From contig NC_087249.1 in NCBI RefSeq assembly GCF_037042905.1, forward strand, positions 4,092,001 through 4,156,000: DNA of 64,000 bases. Reading direction: 5' to 3'. Under the pieces are notes generated by a model. The model worked only from the letters and a program-made list of their open reading frames with translations. It did not search any database and was not told the origin of the DNA. Shown here in pieces: positions 1-13,200 of the stretch. The number at the start of each line of letters is the position of its first letter. Within the stretch, counting starts at the first letter, position 1. This stretch comes from Lytechinus pictus (lineage: Eukaryota). The translations under genes and the position numbers were made by a program.

Positions 1-501
1 ATGAACACGCCCTCAACATTGAATAATGGTGCTATCATACTTGATATTAAAAGAAACTTTATTTCAACATAGTAACTAAGAAGGATGACTTAATTTTGAA
101 TAAAGATGATTCCTCTTAAGAATGCAACTCAGAGTGGAAATGACACAGTGCTATTGAATAAATTAAAAATCAAAGACAACACAATGTAATATAAATCACA
201 TTCCGATGAAAAATAAGAAATCTATTGGTTTTTTATTATTCGGTGAAATATTTTTGTATTCCATCGTGAATATGTCATGTCCCCATTTCCGTTTTCGTAA
301 TTCATTAATTTTATTTTGTATGACATCTCTTCTAGTTTAGTTGCCGCAATGAAGATATAACATATGGGACCGATTGTTAATCACATTTTTACATTCATTA
401 ACTAAGACAATGTGAATAATTGTGATTTCATGCAATAATATGCAAAATAAAAGGGAAAGATGACATCATCGGCTTTCTTATTGCCCATTCATGATGACTT
501 A

Positions 502-840
502 CAGTGCGTTTACAAAAAAGGAAACCGTGATTCTGAGTTATTAGTTCCAACGTATGCATATGATTTATGGTCTAACATCATCATGTAAATCTTTGCTCTT
601 CTTTATTTGAATACATAAAATGAAAGAAATCGTTCACGCATACACAAGTACTGGCAAAGCACGCTAGTTGCGCAAAGAAAGTTGCGCAAAGAAAGAGATT
701 TATTAAGGATAAGAAAGGGATGGCTCATTAGTATATTCTTGGTATTCTTTTATTCTTTGTTAAGTTTCTTTCACCTATCTCTTTAAATTGACAGTGGATG
801 CAGATTCATACGTGAGATCCTCTGCAAATCTTTTCCAACA
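502..840 (-). mobile_element. Truncated Tc1/mariner-like MITE related to 51451..51985
   Basis: TA|CAGTGCGTTTACAAAAAAG terminus. The reverse complement of ~720-830 aligns by eye to ~51640-51740. It sits in a decayed Kolobok-like element (~140-500). Confidence 0.55.
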
Positions 841-1065
841 TAACTCAGGATTTTTTTTTCTATGCAGCAATGCGTGGATAATCAATTTGGTCTCAATTCT
901 AGGAAGATATTTCATTCCTACAATGAATGTCAAATTCACAATCGAAGAATATTTATTGATTTTGATAGCTATATCTAAAAATGAGTTTCCTTATTGTGAT
1001 GAGACGGAACATATTTCAACGAAATGTAGTAAAAAAAAAAAACCGTTTGAAATGACACATATCTA

Positions 1066-2664
1066 TTAATAACCCCAGCTTTAGCTCGAGCATTCAAGGA
1101 ATCGATCCTGCTGGGTACCCATTTGCATCATCTGGGTTGAGTGCAGCCAACCGCGTAGCCAGGATTTCATTTTGGAGGGGGCGGTAAATGCACGCGAAGC
1201 GTGTCAACACTTACAGAGCGCGCGAAGCGCGCTCCCTATAGGGTTGGTTGCAGGGAGGGTTTTTCCCCCTCCTGGTGTTTCATAAATTGAAATGAAAAGG
1301 AGCCGTCTCTTTTGTCTCTAGTACCTATATCAGATCCAATTCAGTTGACTATATTGTGATTTTGAACCTTGTTTTCAAAAGTGATTGTGAACGCACAAAA
1401 AAAGAATATACAATGGAGGAAATTGAATGAGTATAACCCCGCGCGAAGCGCGGAAGCGACAGCGTTTCATCATTTTTTTTTGCCATGAAAAGGGTCCCGA
1501 GAAAAGGGTATTCTTAAAGATATATTGAATACGTAAGTTCCCTTGGAAAGATCAGATTTGATTACAAAAAACAATTTAGCGACAGTGCATACTCGCAAAA
1601 CCGAGGAGAAGTGTAGATGCCGGGAGGAACATATTCCTCCCCGCGCAGAGCAATGCAACTCTGAAATTTCAAAGGGCGGACGTTTCATCAAATGCAGATA
1701 TCTCTATACCCATCGGCTCTCGTTCAATTGATTTTCTAAGATTATTGAACTTCATTACTAGGAAAATAGTGCGCAAAAAGTTGAAACTTCTCTTATTTAT
1801 TGAAATTATATATAAAAAAGGAATGCCCAATTTCTTTGACTTATCCTGAAGCGCTTCATTTTGAATTATAAAGAATTTAAGTGTCATTCAAAATTTCAAA
1901 CTGAGGGTGCAAAACAGGACAGGAGATGAATGTGCAGGGAAATAACTGAAGTTTAATAGAATTTGATAAAAAAAGTATTGTACTTTTTTATTTAATACGA
2001 CACGAATTTCATACCTTCCTCTTTTTAAATTAGGATCCTGTTCGCCCCAAAATTATGGTTGTTTAGTAATGAGATGAAAAGCGGGAAAAGTTTACTTTAT
2101 GGAGGTGACGGCAGAAATTGATATAAAGATTTTACCCGCCCGCAGCCGACCCGACCATTAGTTGCGCGATCAATAAAAAAAAAGATAACTTCTTATACTA
2201 ATGTATACATTTGAACTTTAACTGGCATGAAACACATATAGCTGAGGTGGAAAAACAGGGTTAGAGAAAGGGTGGGGGAAACAATGGAGAACTTCAATAT
2301 TGTCATTTAACCGCGCACAACGCGGAAGCAAAATTCATATATAAATTTAGAGCAAGAGTGAAGGAGTTTCTCTTTTGAGAAAAAATAAAGAATAAAAAGA
2401 AAAAACAACACAAAGCCACCTTTCTTCCTTTCCTCCCTTTCCTTTTCCTTTTCTCCTCTCTTTTTCCCCTTCTTTTTTCTCTTTTTGGGGGACGTTTTTT
2501 TTTTTTTTGGGGGGGGGGGGCGACCGCCCCCACCGCCCCCCCTGGCTACGCGCCTGAGTGCAGCACATTTTGGGTAAATTTCTTGCTGAAAGAAAACACG
2601 CCATGACTAGGATTCGAGCCTATGTCGCTCTGATTGAAAGACGAGCCATAACCTCTATAGACCA
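1066..2664 (-). mobile_element. tRNA-derived SINE split by the hAT-like insertion (pieces 1066-1147 and 2557-2664)
   Basis: The joined flanks align to the intact SINE at 46490-46766 (CATTCAAGGAA..GGGTACCCATT..AGTGCAGCACA..TTCTTGCTGAA..ACACGCCATG..ATTCGA). Confidence 0.75.
1148..2556. mobile_element. Non-autonomous hAT-like DNA transposon, 1409 bp
   Basis: TIRs CAACCGCGTAGCCAGG / CCTGGCTACGCGCCTG; exact 8-bp TSD AGTGCAGC at 1140-1147 and 2557-2564; no transposase ORF. Confidence 0.85.
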
Positions 2665-2820
2665 ATAATAATATTACTATTATTATCAGTAATAATAATA
2701 ATAATAATGATAATAATAGTCATAATAATAATAATAATAATAGTATAATAATTATGATAATAATAATAATTTATCATAATCATTATTCTTATTTTTATTA
2801 TTATTATCATCATCATCATC
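2665..2820. repeat. (TAA)n/(TTA)n/(CAT)n microsatellite
   Basis: Direct inspection. Confidence 0.85.
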
Positions 2821-3312
2821 AATCAAGTTCCACTAAAGTTCCGGATTTATTTCTGATATAACAAAGGCAGTCGATAATAAACTCTCTCCCTTGTAAATGT
2901 ATTTTACCTCTTTTTATTATACATCAAAACAAGAATTACGTCCGCTTACATGTAGCATGATGTAGGCCCATTACGAAAACATACCAGAAAAGAGAAATAG
3001 ACTAAAAAGCATTGGTAACGAAGAGGTGATAATCGATCATCAAACTTTTCTCTGTTTAGAAAAATATGATTTCCGAACAATCATCTGATAACTATGAAAT
3101 AAGTAATGAACATCTAATATAATTCTACTCGATATATCAACACAAAGACACATGAACGTCCGGTAAGTGACATAACCCGCTATAATTTCAACCTATGGCT
3201 TCACGAGCCACTTAATGTTCGTATATATATTCGAATTTCCCAGTCCTGGTTAATTGTCAAATAGATAAAAGCAAGCTCTGCTGAATGGGTGGATAATAAA
3301 ATGCCATAGATA

Positions 3313-6188
3313 TTATGGCCAAACAATAACGGGAAGGCTGTGTCTGTATTTCCTGAGTGTAATCGCAGCGGCAGCCACTGCGACAGTGAGTAGACCTAGA
3401 ACAGCGAAAGCTACGCCAACACTACGCCTGGATGAGCCCGTTGTCCTCTTCAACAACCGATCCGTATTCCTTGCCTCAAAAGTCAAACCCTTACCACTAC
3501 CTCTGAGAATCGGTAGAACGTTACCACTTATCTGATGGCGGTCACCTCCCACCATTATTGCTTGTCTGTTATCAGCATCGACATCGTTGACGAGGGCCGT
3601 GTCCATACCAGCGTACATATAGACGTCTTCTTCGGAAGACTCAGAATCACCCCCATCGTCTCCAGCGAAGACACCAACATCAAATCCACCACCACCGCCT
3701 CCACCACCACCACCACCACCACCTGCTGAACCGCCTATGCTCGAATATGCTGGTGCTGACATCCCAGCGTACGTTTCAGTCATGTCAGTCTGATCGAAAG
3801 GAATATCAAACAGCGTTTGCCGGGCTTCTCTTGTCTTCCCAAGCCCCCGCGCGTCAGACAGCACAAAGCACACTGTATAAAAGAACAATCACATGGAAAC
3901 AGGTTGCATAATTGTATGATAATATCAATGGAAAGGTTATACATGCACATGATTTTATGCAGATATCGCCATTTTTCAACTTTAACAAATCTGTTCGGGA
4001 ATCTCACCAAGAAGGCTGCAGAAGAAGGGTGACCAACTGGGAGGACGGTTGCTCCCCTCACTCTCCCTATTTCCAGGGCTAAAGGATCCCTTTAGCACCT
4101 CTGCCTCTGCCTCTTCCCGACATTGGCTCACACAGCTCTTGGTCATTCTCTTCTCTGCGGACCTCGAAGTTGATTATCATATCACCAAGAAAAAAAAACC
4201 ACCCATAACATATCACTATCTTTATTTCATAATGTTCCCTTTTGCCTATTCTTCATGTTCTTGAATTTAAGTGCCCATCTGCGCCCGTCGGAAAAACCTA
4301 TGGTATAAACCAAGAGTAACCTCAGCGGACTTAATTAACACAGATTGAATGTATAAAATTTTAGATGTACAGCTGCTATATCAAATAATAATTTAAAAGA
4401 AAATGATGAGATAAACCTGCTAACATTGCTTCATTTCTTTCCCAACTTCCTCAATTGCCCGAACCATACGTCCTTCTCGTGCCAAATGTCTTGCTTCTTT
4501 ATTTTACACCTATGCACACACACTCAGCATTATCTCCACCATTGATAGCTGACGATATAACTTTTTAGTTGCAACAATTATAAAATTTTAACTATGTAAA
4601 TTTATTCAATAAAACATAACTGAAACTAGGACCCCGTTCTCATTACAATTCTCAAGAAACTAGTTTAGTGGAAACCGGTCCAGGAAGCCAGTTTTGAAGA
4701 TCGCTTTGATAGCCATGATAGCGTACCCATCTGATCTGACCCGAGAGTCAAGCGGCCTTGCTGCTACGGAAACACTCTCAGTGGGGTGATATGTTTCTGC
4801 GCCCCAAATGACGAAAACAATCGCAATTTGAACATATGAGGAGGGAGCATGTGCATCCCTGCCCCCTTGATTGCCTAGACAGGTAGAATTTAAAAGCCTT
4901 TGCCAAGTTCATCTTTGAAAAGGCGTCCTGTTCTCGATGATTGAGATATACCTTTGTGGTTTATGACTCACCACATTGATTTGGGAATGCCGAGCTAGAT
5001 GAAACGATCGAACTACTAGTACTCTAGAACCAATGATCTACCGTTTGAAGTTCCCAATAAGAGCCAATAACCCCCATAACCTGAATATTGTTGTCTTGTG
5101 TGCCCCATATTATGTACGGTGCAGGGACAGATCTGAATGGAAGGGGGAGAACACAGACATTTCCCGACATTTTTTTGAGAAGAAAAAAAAAATTATCATA
5201 TCCATATCTGGAGCAGAACCTTTCCAGCACACACACAAAAATGACAAGCAAAAAAGGTGTTCACTCTCGGGATCCATTTTCATCGCTTCAAATGACTGGG
5301 GAGGGGGAAGAAGAAATTTAGGGACCACTTTATATATATCTGTGTACAACTTTCGCCAAAGTGGGGTGGGGGAACGTGTCACCTGTGCCCCTCGCAATGC
5401 TCACCTAACATGATGGCTCGTTAATTACTAATAAGGACAACCTCCTCTTAAGTATAGGAGATCATCAATCTCATGAGGCCCAGTCAACAAAGATTTTTTT
5501 CATGGAACGTTCTGCATTTTTTTGCACCACGTACAGTTCAATCGCTGCTTGATCTACACCCTCTTTGTCGAATTAACGTTTGGTCTCATCCCACAAGGTA
5601 GAATTCTATTCCGTCAACAACTTCTGCTACTTACGATTTGATCGAATGCAACGGACACGGAAGCCGAGCTGACCCTGGCTTTCAGGAACCGGATAACAAT
5701 TTCGGGATTATATTCAAAAGCTGATCATTCAGCTTTTGGAACAAAAGATGCGGGAAGCTGATGCCTTTTGAATGGAGAAGACGCCTTACAATTTAGCCCA
5801 TTTGCAATTTTGTCTTATTTACTGTGGCCTTTGAGCTGTTATGAATCAAAATTTCATTTGACAAAGTGCAAAATTGTAAGTAGACAAACTACAAATCAGA
5901 CCATGCGAGCATTAGAATAACAGTTATTTCTAGTGAGACCAAATGATAATTAGATTTTTTAAAAATAGTAGACCTTTTACGAATTAGACCATCTGCAAAA
6001 AGGTGGATACAAATCCACAACAGATGAGACTGAAGAAAGGTAATAGCAGTTCATGTAAAAAAAAAAAAAACAGTACCCATGATGACAAAACAAAAATATG
6101 GAATATTAATTTAAAAAACATTCATATCTTAACTCAACATACCAGACACAATCGCAGCGAGGCAGATGACATTGAAGGAAAAAGCCAT
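3313..6188 (-). CDS. P16-related acidic Gly-rich type-I membrane protein (gene 1); complement(join(3313..3872,6143..6188)), 201 aa
   Basis: Exon 1 ATG at 6188 encodes MAFSFNVICLAAIVS+G then GTATGT. Acceptor ttcttttatacAG precedes 3872. The phase-1 join gives signal peptide MAFSFNVICLAAIVSVCFVLSDA, then RQTLFDIPFDQTD, G13, DDGGDSESSEED, TM SVGVAFAVLGLLTVAVAAAAITL and tail RKYRHSLPVIVWP. Confidence 0.88.
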
Positions 6189-6350
6189 TGCTAATTAAGC
6201 TTTAAATACCACAAAAGTGAAACAATGATGCGTGCAGCCAAGAAGCACACCATAGGCATACAAAGGTAAAATGGTGTCCTCACTAGTGATGCCCTCCTCT
6301 CTACAAGCGATTGCAGATTCCGAACTGAGGTCTTAGTTGAAAGAATTATC

Positions 6351-6392
6351 TTTTAAATATCACTTCACTTTCTTGTATTGGGGTACTTCCTG
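6351..6392 (-). promoter_or_regulatory. Candidate gene 1 promoter: TATA-like TATTTAAAA plus Ets site CAGGAAGT
   Basis: On the minus strand, ATATTTAAAA at 6351-6360 lies ~165 nt upstream of the ATG; ACTTCCTG at 6385-6392. Confidence 0.45.
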
Positions 6393-6439
6393 CATCCAAG
6401 GGGGCAATTACATCACTTTCAATCTTTCAGATTCGAGAT

Positions 6440-6622
6440 GAAAAGAGAGAAAGGAGGGAAAGAGAGCCAGAGAGGGGAAGGAGATATTGAAAGAGAGAAG
6501 TTGATGAAGAGAAATGCAGAAAACGTGAGAGGCAGATGGAGAGAAAGAGAGAGGAGAAATTAAGAGAGATAGGAGAGAGATGGGGAGAGACAGAGAGAGA
6601 GGGAAAGAGGTAGGAGAGGACA
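6440..6622. repeat. GA-rich polypurine tract upstream of gene 1
   Basis: Direct inspection. Confidence 0.75.
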
Positions 6623-8859
6623 AGAGCCTTGTTCGGAAGTAAGTTACATTTTCTTGGCATCGTTTGACATACTTAATAAAAGACTTTTACTCAAAAGTTG
6701 CTCGGATATATGAGAGGAAAAGCGAAATAATGTTCTGACTATTCCACTAAAAAACATACATAAGATGTGTAAGCCACCGATAACCTCATGGGAAAAGTTT
6801 TGTTTTTGACAGCAGTGGTAGCGTGCCAAGTTTAAAAACTTTGTGATTCCCCGACAGTTTTGAGGCCATGCAGTGGGAAAAATTGATGGTAGATAGATAA
6901 TAGATAATATGCGTACTTTGCTGAAAAAAGGCTTTATGGAAGCGAAGTTGTAATGATGATGATAATGATGATGATGAGAATGATATTCATATTACGAATA
7001 TCGAAACAATAGTAATGATAATACTAATTATAACATCAACACCAATGAAAAAAAAAAGATTAATATAACAATATACAATAACAACAAAATATCATTAAAC
7101 CGTTTTATAAGTGTAGAGCGGTTGATGTATCTTTTTACCTTGCATGCATACATCATGGGACGTCTATTCATAATATTGCATTTCATTTGCATCTAACCGG
7201 GCACCCATTTTAACACCTGAGCGGAGAGGGGCAAAATGTTGGTAAACGTCACTAAACGAATGTAGCAATTACCAGACACTCATTGAACACCTAAATATGA
7301 AGGGTGAAAAATCTATCTTGCAACAAGGGCTCCATTCAACACCTGGACGTACAGTGGCGAAATTGCAGAATAACATCTTACCCAACAAAATAAACGAATA
7401 CAATCTACACAAGTGATGCAGTGATGTTCGCACCCCTGGATTCGTGGGCAACGGTTTCGATACTTTTCACCTGATCCACCACAATGCTGATAAAAAGAAC
7501 TAGCTGAACAAATAGGCTGAGGAAAGATAATCAAAAAGAAGTTTTATAAAGATATATCATATCATATCATAAGAACAGAGAAGAAAATACATTCTAAACT
7601 GGGAGAGCAGAGGAGATGGCAATTAAAACGATTGTAGTCATACATTGCTTTGTTCAAAATATTAAAGAACTAGATAAAACCGGCAGGCAAATTAGGATTC
7701 GTAAACCCCAAAAAATATTTTCCCCATCGAAGTTTGCAGATGTTACGGATGTATATATGAACTTTACATATTTTAGTCTGATTATTTTTTTATGGAAATA
7801 GTGTCACACTGTTATAAAACGCGAGGAAAGACTTATGACCTCTTTCTTCGGCACTCCATAATATAAGGTATCTCATAAATGCTAAGATTTTAACGGGCTA
7901 TATATGTTTGTAGGTTTATTTCTTATTGCCAATTTTTGATCAGATTCTTTTTGTTAAATGCAAGATTATTTTTTCCATCCAAAACCCTTGCAACTTGTCA
8001 TACTTCATTTCTTTAACGTTGATTCTGTAGAAACGGGTTAAAATCATGTGAATGGGGAAATTATATTGTTTTTGTGAAAGTTGGCAACTGTGAGGTTGTT
8101 ACCCCTGGTAATGGAGTCATGGGAGTGCAATTCCCAGGGTATAGAGTCTATAGGGTACGTATATTGTGAGATGTGCCTCTTTGAGGGGGTACTTCCATCG
8201 AGTTTGAATAATGGTCTACAGATTTGTCAAATACATGTATGAGCGTTATCTATCTATCTAATTTTCCCTTCTTCTCATTCTTCTTCTTTTCACACTCTAA
8301 CAAAAATCATTTTGGGCGACTTATTGTTGATTTGGGGATGGTATGTCACATACATGTATGTCCTCATAAAACATGTAAAAGCAAAATGCGATTCTCAGTA
8401 AATGGTGATATTATCATAATCAACTTTTTATAAAGAAATAATACAGGACCACTACTAATGGCGTCACCGTTGCCCAATCGTTATACCTTATTTATTGTGA
8501 TTACAACCTTTTGCATCTTAAATAATAACAATGTTAGAGTTATTCCATGTTTTCGACATACATTTTTACTTGTCGGTTCTTTCCTTTTCTTTACAAAAAG
8601 CAACTTTGGGTAGATTTGCCTTTAACTTGTTTTGAATTTTCAAATATATGACTCACATGCACCCTGGGAGGATGGAGACCTAATGCTCAATATGATTAAA
8701 GAGCGTTCGATATTGTTTTTATTGGTTAATATCACATGAATCAGTATGAAACAATATAAGCCTAATCAGGAACAACCCATCTCTTTCTCTTTTTCTCCTC
8801 CCCCTTCTCTCTCCATCTCTCAATTTTACTCTCTCTCTCTCTTAGACCACGGACCTTAA

Positions 8860-9432
8860 AGAGATCGTTTCACTTTGTGAGCAGCTGATTAAAAAAAATT
8901 ATCAAACTAAGATGAAACATGAGTATGAGTACCTGTATTTGTCCTCAAAACCCTGAAACAAACCACAATATGGGATGAAAAACTCTAATTCAGACACAAG
9001 AAATAATTTATTAGCCTGATTTTGAGTAACTGTCTGTAAGACGCATTCAACTTATATGCCCAGTTTTCCCCAAATTCAAAAAGTCTGTTAGCTGTGTTGT
9101 CTACTTTCTGCTGTGTGTATCATTCTCCTATGCACACACTATTTTAGCTGCACTGCGCATTTGGTGTACACATAGTATGTAGGTCATGCTGGTTTCATTT
9201 AGAGTTTGTTCGTTGTGGTGCACACATTCGCTGCATACACATAGTCATTGAAGCCAACCCCCAATTACTTTCAAACTTTGGTTTACACCTCCAAGGTTTT
9301 AAAATTGTTCTTTTAGATATGATATTTTGAAACTTTTGTGATTGTATCTTGACACTATAAGCCTAATGTTTAGCTCATTTTCAAGAACAAAAATGATATT
9401 TTTTTTAATCAGAACAAAGTGAAATGATCACT
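8860..9432. mobile_element. Kolobok-like (TTAA-target) MITE
   Basis: TTAA|AGAGATCGTTTCACTTTGT ... ACAAAGTGAAATGATCACT|TAAA; 17/19 TIR match. Confidence 0.7.
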
Positions 9433-10289
9433 TAAAACCATACAATGTACCCTTTCTATATTCCTTTGTCTACATATTACATTAATCTTTATCCTCTCAT
9501 CGCGATGATTTCGACGTTCTCCATCGCAGTACATATTTCATATGTCTCACCTCTCTTTTCTATCAGAAGCAGTGCCCGTCCGTGTGTTCACTCACCCCCT
9601 TGTTAGTTGTTACAAGTCGTCACCCAAAATCATATTTTGATCCATCTTACTTTCTACATCTACGGTGGTCTGCTCTGACCCTAATATCGCCCTCTTTGGT
9701 TTGCAGGAGGTATAGTTTTATTGCAAAAAATACGACTTCAGAATAGTCGAATGATATAAACTCTGTGCAGGTAAGAAACTGGTGACAAGACAATAAGCTC
9801 CTGCGACTATTGCTCCTGTCCTAATATTTAAGAGGGGGTTAGGTAAGCGTTAGGATTGTAATGGAGTTTTTTGTTTCAGAATGATGTAAATAGAAGGATT
9901 AGGGTTTATTTAGTTTTGGAGGTTGGAATATTGCTCTAGTCTATGTCTATGAACACTTCATGCACAGAACCGAATTAAAGTTTTAGTTTTAATACTGTCG
10001 TGTATCAATCATATTTTGTGATTATTTACGTCCCGAAGACGTAACCAGGGCTCGAATCTCTCCATCACTTTGTAACTCCCCTCATTTTGCTTAGATTACA
10101 GGCGCACTCCGGACATCGGATTCTGGCTTATCAGCATTCGGTACATGTATGCACAATATCCACTCCCTAGGAAGTATTCCATCATTGATCAGTAAAGATG
10201 CTCTAATTGCTAAGCGATATTGACTTAAGCATTCTACCTGTTACCAATGTGCTATGCAATAACCGGCACTAACTCACTGATATCTAATA

Positions 10290-12203
10290 CCTTGGTCACA
10301 TTTGCTACGGCCGCCGTAGATTCTAAAATTTCTACGGCGAGTAGCAATTCTACGGTCGCCTCAGAATTTCCACGGCCACTTACTCTAGCGGTCACATATG
10401 TTACGGTCGCCGCACGGCGTATTTTTTAATTTTTGGAGAAAAAAAATCTGCTGCTGACGCATGTCCTTGAAATCATGACGTACGGTCGCCCTAGGGCGAC
10501 CCTACCCTGGCCGTAGGTTTTTGACAAATACTACGGCAGACGCGAGGTGGCCGCAAGGCGCCATCACGGCGGCCGCAGGGGAACTATACAGTGAGTATAC
10601 CATGAATTGCTTGTCACACTCATATTTTACATTAGACATTTTATTTCAGAAAGATTTCAAAGTGTCGCACCATGCCCATGCGCGTATTCTGGGTGGGAGG
10701 GAGAAGGGGTTCGGGGCCAGTGCCCCCGGGTAGGCGAAAAGGGGGCGCCAAAAAGAGGGAGGAAAGAAAGGGAAAGAAAAGGGAAATAAAAAAGGAGGGG
10801 GAAAGAAGAGAAAGAGAAAAGGGAGAAAAGAAAGAGAGAAGGAAACAAGAAGAAGAGAAAAGGAGAGAAGAGAAAAGGGGGAAAGGGGGAGTAATAAAAG
10901 TGGGGGGGGGGGCAAATTGATGTTCGACCTAGGAAGGGGGGTCGCCAAATTAATGTTTGACACTGATCTGAATATTATACGATCAGTAATGTTCGACCTA
11001 GGAAGGGAGGGGGGGGGGGCAAATCGACCTTTGGGGTGATTCGCGCTTCGCGCTCGCATCGAATGATTAGTTAGATGGACATCCTGTTAATGATTACCTA
11101 AATTGCGTAGAATGTCTAGTTTTGGAACGAAATATAAAAAAGGTTCAGCTCGCGCTTCGCGCTCGGATCGAATAATTTTTAAGTGCCCATCCTGTTCATG
11201 ATTACCAATAATGCTTAGAATTTCCAAACTTTGGGTCATTTTGGAATATAGACAATTTTCAGCTCGCCCTGACAGATAGAGAGATACCCATCCTGCTCAT
11301 GCTTACAAAACTTCTCAGAATATTCTATTTTCAGGTCTATACACAAGCTATCAAAAATCGCGCTCGCATAATTTATTTGGACTTATGAAATAAATCTCCC
11401 TTAACCATGTTAACTTGTTTGTATGAATAAAGTTAAGATGTTAATAAACGCTTGAGTCTTAAGTAAGAACTACACCCTAAAAAACAACAAAAATCAGCAT
11501 TTAACTCCCCATGATAATACTAATAATAATGATAATGATAATAACGTCATATTTTACCCCAGTTAGCTGCTGGTGAAAGGGCAATATCTGTGCTTCCTGG
11601 TCACATTTGTTCTTTAAAAAAAAGTGGTATTACATCATATTCATGGATAGATTACTTTTTATCAAGTCATCATTAAAGAAGTGGTCTGCAGTTGCCCTTT
11701 TTCATGTGATTATGAAATAAGATAATTCAACATGCATTCAAGGCACCTGTTTGCCTGACGAGGAGGGGTTGCCATTTTTTCTGAAAAGTACACATGCATA
11801 TGGGCCAAAATTATAGGTAGGGCCCCGAGGTGCAAAATTCTAAATACGCGCCTGGTGGCTCCCGAGCAGATAACACAAAAGGAGAAGGGGAAAGGAGGGA
11901 AGAAAAACACGAGGGCAGCCGCACGGCCACCGTATGCTCGACGTACGGCCGCCGTACGGCCGCCGTAGACCGTTCTACGCCATGCCTACGGCTAGTCTAA
12001 TTTCTACGGCGAGCGTAGAAAAGAAAAAATGTTATAACTCCGCGTTAAAATTCTGCGGCCACCCCTACGGCCTGTAAAAAGAAGGAATCCGCCGTACGTT
12101 GACCCTGCGGCCACCGCAGATTTTCTGCGGCTGCCGCAGAAATTTCTCGAATTCAGGTATCTACGGCCGCCGTACGGCCGCCGTAGAGCAAATGTGACCA
12201 AGG
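10290..12203. mobile_element. TA-flanked non-autonomous DNA transposon with TACGGCCGCCGTA palindromes and a large nested insert
   Basis: TA|CCTTGGTCACATTTGCT ... AGCAAATGTGACCAAGG|TA, a perfect 17-bp TIR. Same family as 59040..59197. Confidence 0.85.
10677..11854. mobile_element. hAT-like non-autonomous element(s) nested in 10290..12203
   Basis: Termini CATGCGCGTATTCTG / CTAAATACGCGCCTG resemble the 1148 element. Internal GA-rich tract and CGCGCTTCGCGCTCG motifs. No TSD found. Confidence 0.5.
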
Positions 12204-13066
12204 TATAAATTGAACGCAGAGAGTGGATGTGTGTCTTTGCTGCGGTAATACGTAGTTTTCGCATTTACTACGGGGACATTCACTACAACGTATCGATTCC
12301 TTTGAAAATGCAATTAAAATCACAATAGAGAGCTGATAGGCCTGGGACAGCAGATCATGCGAAGCTTTGCACCAGACGAACAATTGCAAATATGTCGTAG
12401 TCTAGAGTCAAAAACCTCTCAGCTCTCCATTGTGATTTGACTTGTATTTTCAAAGGAGTTGGTGCGTTGTAGAGTTTCCCCGTAGTGAATTATTGACAAA
12501 GTTTTTTTTTGTTCTTTGTTGTCATAACGGGAACTTGCTGCATGCAGCATTGTGGGCAAGCGGAGGAACCCCATCATCACAAAATTCACCCAAAGTGTGC
12601 ACGAGATCCTTCAATTTCGCTTTATAAAGTACAAAGCGCCCCAGAGACAAGGTCGGTCGCTTCGCTCCCTCGCCTTCGAGTTACTTCGAGAAAATCTATG
12701 TTTCTTGCACCCCAAACAAAAATATTCTGCATACGGCCATGCCCGCCTGTGAATACCAAAGAAAAAAGAAACCTTCATGATCATAGCATTTAACAGTATA
12801 TGTAATTCACCTGTTTAGAAGGAAGTCTAGTTTGGATTAACAATGATTGACTTGACAAAACACCAATATGCTATAAGTTTTCTTCTCAGAGTTCAAACGT
12901 AATTCGAATAGAGAAAGACGCAAGTGCCTAACTCTGCCAAATATTGTGTGCATTTAACGCCTCTATTGGCACTCAATATGGCAATAACTTCCTCAAAAGT
13001 CCGATTGTTCATTATGAAGGGAAACAATTTGACACTGATCTTTCAGTGTTGCCAGACAAAGTTGGG

Positions 13067-13200
13067 TCATGGTGTGGTAGCTCAGTGGTAGGGTATCGGA
13101 AGTATATGTAGGCGTGTAGTCGGGATTCAAATCCAAGTCGATCGGTTTGGGCAATTGGGTATATTGGTTATGATCCTTATTGAGAAGTCCATCTTGGTCG
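13067..13200 (+). mobile_element. Decayed tRNA-derived SINE head
   Basis: A-box TAGCTCAGTGG (13078-13088) and B-box-like GATTCAAATCC (13124-13134); no complete cloverleaf. Confidence 0.5.

Noticed and set aside
7269-7534. Cys-rich minus-strand ORFs upstream of gene 1
   Set aside because: No recognisable domain, no consistent splice frame, non-ATG starts; could at most be non-coding exon sequence.
10646-11059. Lys/Glu/Arg-rich and Phe/Leu/Ser-rich ORFs (also 2303-2604, 6378-6660, 52819-53139, 56845-57183)
   Set aside because: Translations of GA/CT low-complexity tracts inside repeats.
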